Made by a program: the position numbers and the translations under genes. Of a stretch of 21,407 nt of DNA, positions 16,088 through 21,407 are shown one piece after another. A model generated the notes under the pieces. That model was not told the DNA's origin, did no database searches, and was given only the letters and a program-made list of their open reading frames with translations. Positions within the stretch are counted from its first letter, which is position 1, and each line of letters begins with the position of its first letter. The stretch is from Rhodothermales bacterium. Lineage in GTDB: Bacteria; Bacteroidota; Rhodothermia; Rhodothermales; VXPQ01. The stretch lies in assembly GCA_040904565.1 (NCBI GenBank), contig JBBDTI010000068.1, positions 1 through 21,407 of the forward strand. Reading direction: 5' to 3'.

Positions 16088-17286
16088 GCGACGCGCGTAT
16101 CATCCACATCGTCGTCCGCATCCCGGTTCACATCTTGGTCGAAGTACGCTGCATCCGTAGGGTGAATGGAACGGCGCTCCGGAGGCCGTTTGCCCGATGC
16201 CACAGCTTCGATCACCTCGATCACGCGCCCCTCGGCCTGGGCGGCCCACCTACGAAACGCCGCCGTCGGTAGACGATGCTCAACCGGGTAGTCGGCCAGC
16301 AGCCCGAGATCGAATGTGTCGGCTCGAATGCCGGCGCCGAGCATCTCGACCTCATAGGCGTTACACCGCTGCTCGAAATGGCCTTCAACCGGGACGGCCA
16401 GCACGGGCTTGCCTAGATAGAGCGCTTCGCTGACGGATTCGAAACCGGCCGTGCAGGCCAGCCCGCTGCACCGCGCCATCATCTCCAGAAACGTGACGTC
16501 GTTCAATCGGTGAAATCGCAGCGTCTCGTCGTGTTCGACGACGTCTTCGGCGTCGGGATCATCCCTAAAACATTCCAGGCGCACGTCCGGGTGCTCCCGG
16601 TGCCAGTCCATAACCTGTTCGGCATAACCGCGGTTGAGGAGATATATGAGATAAAACGGCTCACGCGCCGGCTCTTCTTTCGCACAGGAACGTACCGCTT
16701 TCCGGAGCAGCGGCGGGAGGACGTACAGCCGGTCGTCCGTAAGATCCGGGGCCGGATAGAGCGATAGCGCCAGCTTGCACGCCGCGCCGACGGCGGTAAG
16801 ACGGGTGAAGAGCGTGAGACCCGAACGGTCGAAACGGCGGCCGGGGGCGAATGTGTAGGCAGGATGCTCGAACATGTACTGATGCCCGATAGCCACGAAC
16901 GGAACGTCGGGGCGATACAGCGTCTGATAGATGCCGGCCATCGGCTCGTAGAACGTGACCACGAGATCCGGCCGGACGGCGGCCATGGCGTCGTCGATCT
17001 GCCGGAGGGCCTGTCCGTATTCCGGTGCGCGCGCAACGTTTTCGACGATCGTCCCGATTGGGCGGATGGATCGATGGTTCGCGCCGACGCTGAATCCGGG
17101 CGATCCGAACCGTTCGACCGGCGCTCCGATCTTCTCTACGAAATAATCCGGTAACTCTCGGTGCCGCACGCTGCCGGCCAACACCCGGGTTACGTCGTGG
17201 CCGGCACGTTCGAGCATGGCGCGCAGGGCCAGGGCCTGCGTCATATGCCCTCGGCCTTCTCCCTGTACGATGAAGAGCAGATTCAT
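16048..17286 (-). CDS. GT-B fold glycosyltransferase (MJ1255/VC2487-like, GT1/GT28-related)
   Basis: LFIVQGEGRGHMTQA, PDLVVTFYEP, IGHQY, CTAGFESVSEALYLGKPVLAVP...FEQRCNA. The start overlaps the upstream stop as ATGA. Confidence 0.87.
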   Translation of the reverse strand: MNLLFIVQGEGRGHMTQALALRAMLERAGHDVTRVLAGSVRHRELPDYFVEKIGAPVERFGSPGFSVGANHRSIRPIGTIVENVARAPEYGQALRQIDDAMAAVRPDLVVTFYEPMAGIYQTLYRPDVPFVAIGHQYMFEHPAYTFAPGRRFDRSGLTLFTRLTAVGAACKLALSLYPAPDLTDDRLYVLPPLLRKAVRSCAKEEPAREPFYLIYLLNRGYAEQVMDWHREHPDVRLECFRDDPDAEDVVEHDETLRFHRLNDVTFLEMMARCSGLACTAGFESVSEALYLGKPVLAVPVEGHFEQRCNAYEVEMLGAGIRADTFDLGLLADYPVEHRLPTAAFRRWAAQAEGRVIEVIEAVASGKRPPERRSIHPTDAAYFDQDVNRDADDDVDDTRVAQERCTYVTPAPP

Positions 17287-17998
17287 GATGTGTAGGGCCG
17301 AAAAGGAAGTATGTCTATCATCGATGCGGGAGGGACCGCCGTCGAGGCCGCTTCGTCGGTCAACGCCACGTCGATCCTCTCGGAATCAGGCGCCCCGTCG
17401 CCGGCTGCCCATTCGATCGTCGGTGAGACGTCACAGCTCAATCCATCCCCACCGTAAGCGTTTCCTTCGGCAACCCACCCCTCCCGATGTGTGTCTTTAT
17501 CAACGTCCGCGTAACGAATGATTTCGAGACGCCCGTCGAAGTGTTCTACGAGCGCCGTACAGCTTTCGACCCAATCCCTCGAATTTGCGAGCCACCTGGC
17601 ATGTTGGATCACGTCGTCGAACTCGTCGCCATGCGGCACCAGAAAGCGGCGTCCATCGACCGTCTCGTGAATCGAGCGGTCGCGCAGCGTGACGTCACCG
17701 ACGCACATATAAACGAAATCCCGGGCAAATTCATCATGATTGCCCGGGATATATACGACGTTGGTGCCGTGCTGCGATTTGCATACGATAGCGTGCAGGA
17801 CGTCGTTGAAGGTACGTTCCCAGTACCAGGATTTCCGAAACGACCAGCCGTCGAAGATGTCGCCGACGAGGTAAAGATGCTCGCTCTCATGACGGCGGAG
17901 AAAGTCGAGCAGTCTGCCTGCCCGGCAGTCTCGCGCACCGAGGTGCATGTCCGATATCCACATGCTTCGATATATCGTGCGTGCAGGTTGACAATCAT
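17283..17998 (-). pseudogene. Damaged UDP-2,3-diacylglucosamine-hydrolase-like (LpxH2/PlcP-type) metallophosphoesterase
   Basis: WISDMHLG, LVGDIFDGW, IPGNHDE, HGDEFD and DWVESCTALVE are present. ARWLA is joined directly to NSRDWVES, so the central segment and the GH-x-H motif are missing. An apparent 2-bp insertion near 17971 separates ATG 17998 from the main frame (track ORF 17283..17963). Confidence 0.75.
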
Positions 17999-18236
17999 TG
18001 ATGCGCCGGTCGATGATCCTGGAAGCGAATCGTCAGTTGGAGTATCCACAGATAGATGAAGATGGACGGGCGTCGGAAGCCGATCGATTCATCTCGGTAG
18101 GAATGTAGTTGATTGACGTTATTGCCATATTATTCCGGTTTTATCAAAGGATTGTCCGCGCCCGAATGGCTTCGATGACGAACGCTACCACCGAACGTGT
18201 ACTATCGGATGGCTGCGACGTTGACAATATGTGGAC

Positions 18237-18254
18237 ATAACATTCCCGTAACAT
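18237..18254 (-). promoter_or_regulatory. Pho-box-like direct repeat with 11-bp period
   Basis: Minus strand reads ATGTTAC-GGGA-ATGTTAT, a 7-4-7 layout, upstream of the plcP-like gene. Only a loose match to CTGTCAT-N4-CTGTCAC. Confidence 0.3.
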
Positions 18255-18501
18255 CTTCGTTTATTCACTACGTGGAAACGCTCCTTAACAACGCCTGATT
18301 TTGGTACTTTTATTCGCTTTTCGTCGATTGACGGCAATTGTGGATTAGTTTTGCCTTACCAACCCGGAAGGACCGCCTGCGCGACCTCTTCGTACGCGAA
18401 AAATACCGAGATCGCGGCACGGTCGGGCGGCCCCATGGAGATCCGGACGGCGGCCATCTGGAAAAGCGATTGCAGTACCTGCTACCTATCCGACTACGAA
18501 C

Positions 18502-19458
18502 ATGAAAGTTGTTGTTACACGTCCGATCCCCGGCGATGCCTTCGAGCGGCTCGACGGTCACGAGATTGTCGAGCACGATTTTTCGGAGGGAGGGCCCGAC
18601 GAGGAGCAGTTGATCGACATCGCGCGCGGCGCTCGGGCGCTCGTGACGCTCCTGTCGGATCCCGTCACCGACCGCGTGTTCGCCGCGTGCCCGGCGCTGA
18701 AGGTCGTGGCCCAGTTCGCCGTCGGATACGACAACATCGATCTCGAGGCCGCCCGCTCGCGCGGTATCGTCGTAACCCATACGCCCGGCGTGCTGACCGA
18801 CGCGACGGCGGACATGGCCCTCGCCCTCTTGCTCGCCGCCGCGCGGCAGATCGTCCCGGCCGATCGGTACGTGCGTGAAGGGCGGTTTACGCGATGGGAG
18901 ACGGACCTCATGCTCGGGCCCGACCTGACGGGGAAAACGATGGGTATCGTCGGATTGGGCCGGATCGGAGCCGCCACGGCGAGGCGGGCCGTAGGATTCG
19001 GAATGAACGTCATCTATTACAACCGGTCCCGCGCCAACCTGTCCGTCGAGCAGCGGCTGAGCGCACGCCGGGTCGAGCTCGACGGCCTGCTTGAGAAGAG
19101 CGACGTCGTGTCGCTCCACTGCAGCCTCAACGCGGACAGCCACCATCTTATCGACGCCCACGCGCTCGGTCGGATGAAGTCCACCGCCATTCTCGTGAAC
19201 ACGGCTCGAGGTGCGGTGGTGGACGAAGGCGCGCTCGTCCGGGCGCTTCGAGACGGATCGATTGCGGCGGCCGGACTCGACGTCTTCGAGGAGGAACCCG
19301 CCGTCCATCCCGGACTGATGGAACTGGATAACGTCGTGCTCGCGCCGCATCTCGGCAGCGCGACGTACGACGCCCGTCACAGCATGGCCCGCATGTGCGC
19401 GGAAGCGGTGCACGCGGTGTTCACGGGGGCCGATGAAATTCCCTATCGGGTCGTGTAG
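18502..19458 (+). CDS. D-glycerate dehydrogenase / glyoxylate reductase (D-isomer-specific 2-hydroxyacid dehydrogenase)
   Basis: AVGYDNIDL, THTPGVLTDATAD, GIVGLGRIG, SDVVSLH, LVNTARGAVVDE, AGLDVFEEEP, APHLGSAT. Confidence 0.94.
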   Translation: MKVVVTRPIPGDAFERLDGHEIVEHDFSEGGPDEEQLIDIARGARALVTLLSDPVTDRVFAACPALKVVAQFAVGYDNIDLEAARSRGIVVTHTPGVLTDATADMALALLLAAARQIVPADRYVREGRFTRWETDLMLGPDLTGKTMGIVGLGRIGAATARRAVGFGMNVIYYNRSRANLSVEQRLSARRVELDGLLEKSDVVSLHCSLNADSHHLIDAHALGRMKSTAILVNTARGAVVDEGALVRALRDGSIAAAGLDVFEEEPAVHPGLMELDNVVLAPHLGSATYDARHSMARMCAEAVHAVFTGADEIPYRVV

Positions 19459-19466
19459 CCGGTGCG

Positions 19467-21233
19467 CTAGAAGAAACGCAGCGACACGACGACGAGCGTG
19501 ATCAGCATGATGCCCACGCTGACGGGGAGGCCGACGCGGAAGTAGTCCTTGAACCGATAGCCGCCCGCACCCATGACCATCAGGTTGGTCTGATAGCCTA
19601 TGGGCGACAGAAAGCTGGCCGAGGCCGCGATGGTTACCGTGAGCGCGACGGCGTGCGGCGGAACGCCAAGGTCGAGCCCTGCCGCCAGGGCGATGGGAAT
19701 CATGATGACGATCGCCGCGCTGTTCGTGACGATCTCCGTCAGGACCAGGGTAATGAGGTAGAGGAGGATCAGGACGGCAAGCGGACCCTGGTTCGGTACG
19801 GCCGAGGCCACGCCGTGCCCGATGACGTCAGCCAGACCGCTTACGTCGACGGCGTGGCCGATGCCGAAGGCCCCCGCGATGGTCAGCATGACGGTCACGT
19901 CGATGGATTTGCGCAGCTCCGAGCCGCGCAGGCAACCCAGCAGGACCATCCCCAGTGCGGCCGAGAACGCGGCCGCGGCGAGCGAAAGCACCCCGGCCAC
20001 GTGAAAGCCGATCATCCCGGCGAGCAGCGACAGGGCGATGGGTGCCTTTCGGCTGAGACCGTGCCGAATCTGTGACTTTGGGGTTACGAGGTAAAAGTCG
20101 CCCTGGCTCTGATTCCAGTTGCTGTCGAACCCCGTGTGGGCTTCGATGAGCAGCAGGTCGCCCGGCTTGAGCGGGACGTTTCCGATGGCGCCGCGGAGGG
20201 ACTCGTCCTGGCGCCGAATGGCGAGCACGACACCCTGGTACTTCTCCCGAAAGCTAACCTCTTTCAAGGTGTGGCCCACCAGCGTCGATCCCGCCGCGAC
20301 GACGGCCTCGAAAAGCGGTATGTCGGAATCCGGATCGTGCAGCGGCGGTCCGTCTACATTGGCGTGAAAGTCGGTCCGCAGCAGCAATCGCTCCATCGCG
20401 GCGGTCCGACCCGTGAACGTCAGCACGTCGGCCCCCTTGATGACTTCCTCGGGGGTGACGGGCCCAATCGTATGCCCGTCACGCCGGATATGCACCAGGT
20501 ATGCGTCACCCAGCGACCGGAGCTGGGCCTGCTGGACGCTCATCCCCACAAAGTGCGAGTCGCCCGGGACGCGCAGCTCGAACTGATAGTCCAGCGCGTC
20601 GATGTCTTCTCGCTCTTCCGGCTCCGATTCGGGAATCAACCGGTGCCCCGCCATGGCCATATAGAGCACGGTGAAGGTGGCGGCGGGCACCCCGATCCAC
20701 GCGAACTCGAACAGGCTGAACCCCTGATACCCGGCGTCGACCATGAGTCCGGATGCGATCAGGTTGGTCGACGTGCCGATGAGGGTGATCATGCCCCCCG
20801 CGATGGCGGAAAACGACATCGGCATGAGGAGCTTCGACACCGAGATGCCGGTCTTGCGGGCGACGGACTGCATGCGCGGCATCAGCATCGCGACGACGGG
20901 CGTGTTGTTCAGCAGCGCCGACATCGCCGCGGTCGGGACCATGATGCGCATCAAAAGCGGCGCCACATTACCGTGGGGTGAGACGAACAACCGGTCCAGC
21001 GACGAGAGCACGCCCGTACGATGGATACCCGCGGCAACTACGTACAGCGAGGCGATCGTGATGACGGCGGGATCCGAGAAGCCGGAAAAGGCCTCGACGG
21101 GTGCCACCACGCCGAAGACGAGGAGGAGGCCCAGTGCCGACAGCACCGAAATGTCCACACGGGCCCATTCTCGAACGAGCGTCACGATCAACACGAGGAT
21201 CGTCGCGAGTGTAAACCAGGCGTCCCAGGGCAA
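19467..21233 (-). CDS. SLC13/CitMHS-family permease with two TrkA-C (RCK_C) domains, probable sulfate or dicarboxylate transporter
   Basis: AFSGFSDPAV, SALLNNTPVV, LIGTSTNL, two soluble TrkA-C-like repeats, TEIVTNSAA, SFLSPIGYQTNLMVMGAGGYRFKDY; TTG start. Confidence 0.92.
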   Translation of the reverse strand: MPWDAWFTLATILVLIVTLVREWARVDISVLSALGLLLVFGVVAPVEAFSGFSDPAVITIASLYVVAAGIHRTGVLSSLDRLFVSPHGNVAPLLMRIMVPTAAMSALLNNTPVVAMLMPRMQSVARKTGISVSKLLMPMSFSAIAGGMITLIGTSTNLIASGLMVDAGYQGFSLFEFAWIGVPAATFTVLYMAMAGHRLIPESEPEEREDIDALDYQFELRVPGDSHFVGMSVQQAQLRSLGDAYLVHIRRDGHTIGPVTPEEVIKGADVLTFTGRTAAMERLLLRTDFHANVDGPPLHDPDSDIPLFEAVVAAGSTLVGHTLKEVSFREKYQGVVLAIRRQDESLRGAIGNVPLKPGDLLLIEAHTGFDSNWNQSQGDFYLVTPKSQIRHGLSRKAPIALSLLAGMIGFHVAGVLSLAAAAFSAALGMVLLGCLRGSELRKSIDVTVMLTIAGAFGIGHAVDVSGLADVIGHGVASAVPNQGPLAVLILLYLITLVLTEIVTNSAAIVIMIPIALAAGLDLGVPPHAVALTVTIAASASFLSPIGYQTNLMVMGAGGYRFKDYFRVGLPVSVGIMLITLVVVSLRFF

Positions 21234-21281
21234 AACGGTTGACGGAAGTAGGGTGACGGGTGGCAGGTGTGATCCGCGACG

Positions 21282-21407
21282 TCAGATAATTCCTTTCTCC
21301 TCGAGCAGGTCGACAATGGTATCCACGCTCTCCTCAACCGTTTGTTCGTCCGTTCGCACGACGAGTTCGGGGGATTCCGGGGCCTCGTACGGGGCGGAGA
21401 TGCCCGT
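21282..21407 (-). CDS. cysC: Adenylyl-sulfate kinase, C-terminal fragment (5' part lies beyond the right edge)
   Basis: Hand translation from the edge: [53 protein letters not shown] is the APS-kinase C-terminal signature. It could also be the end of a CysN/CysC fusion. Confidence 0.88.
   Translation of the reverse strand, partial: TGISAPYEAPESPELVVRTDEQTVEESVDTIVDLLEEKGII

Noticed and set aside
18221-18226. Perfect TTGACA as a -35 box for the dehydrogenase
   Set aside because: No TAnnnT at 16-18 bp spacing; the nearest TAACAT hexamers are 11 and 22 bp away.
1-21407. Frequent CGATCG hexamers as a HIP1-like signal
   Set aside because: Plausibly explained by GC content and ATC/GAT/TCG codon use; enrichment cannot be shown without a codon-aware count.
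1-21407. Mobile elements, tRNA/rRNA, defence systems
   Set aside because: No transposase, integrase, phage, RNA-gene or defence-protein motifs recognised; MutS2 here is the ordinary chromosomal type.

Overview
GC-rich bacterial chromosomal window. It is most likely from a Rhodothermota/FCB-group organism; this is inferred from a T9SS-type C-terminal sorting domain and the gene repertoire. It is mostly housekeeping and cell-envelope DNA, and I see no RNA gene, CRISPR array, prophage or IS element. Gene order: nfeD (partial, missed by the ORF track), HAD hydrolase, NDP-sugar epimerase, WbpA-like dehydrogenase, a secreted cohesin/dockerin/T9SS-CTD protein, WbpE-like aminotransferase, WbpD-like acyltransferase, a small basic orphan protein with its own terminator, secreted TPR protein, LOG-family protein, sugar-phosphate nucleotidyltransferase, mutS2, glycosyltransferase, a damaged PlcP/LpxH2-like phosphoesterase, D-2-hydroxyacid dehydrogenase, SLC13/TrkA-C permease and the 3' end of cysC (also missed by the track). 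Best leads: (1) a non-catalytic cohesin+dockerin T9SS cargo gene sits inside a Wbp sugar-pathway cluster, recalling Wbp-dependent T9SS cargo anchoring in Porphyromonas; (2) a decaying plcP-like/glycosyltransferase pair shows a large in-frame deletion, a 2-bp frameshift and a Pho-box-like repeat; (3) many unrelated short tandem duplications occur at gene ends and in protein loops. All functional calls are by motif recognition only; no searches were run.
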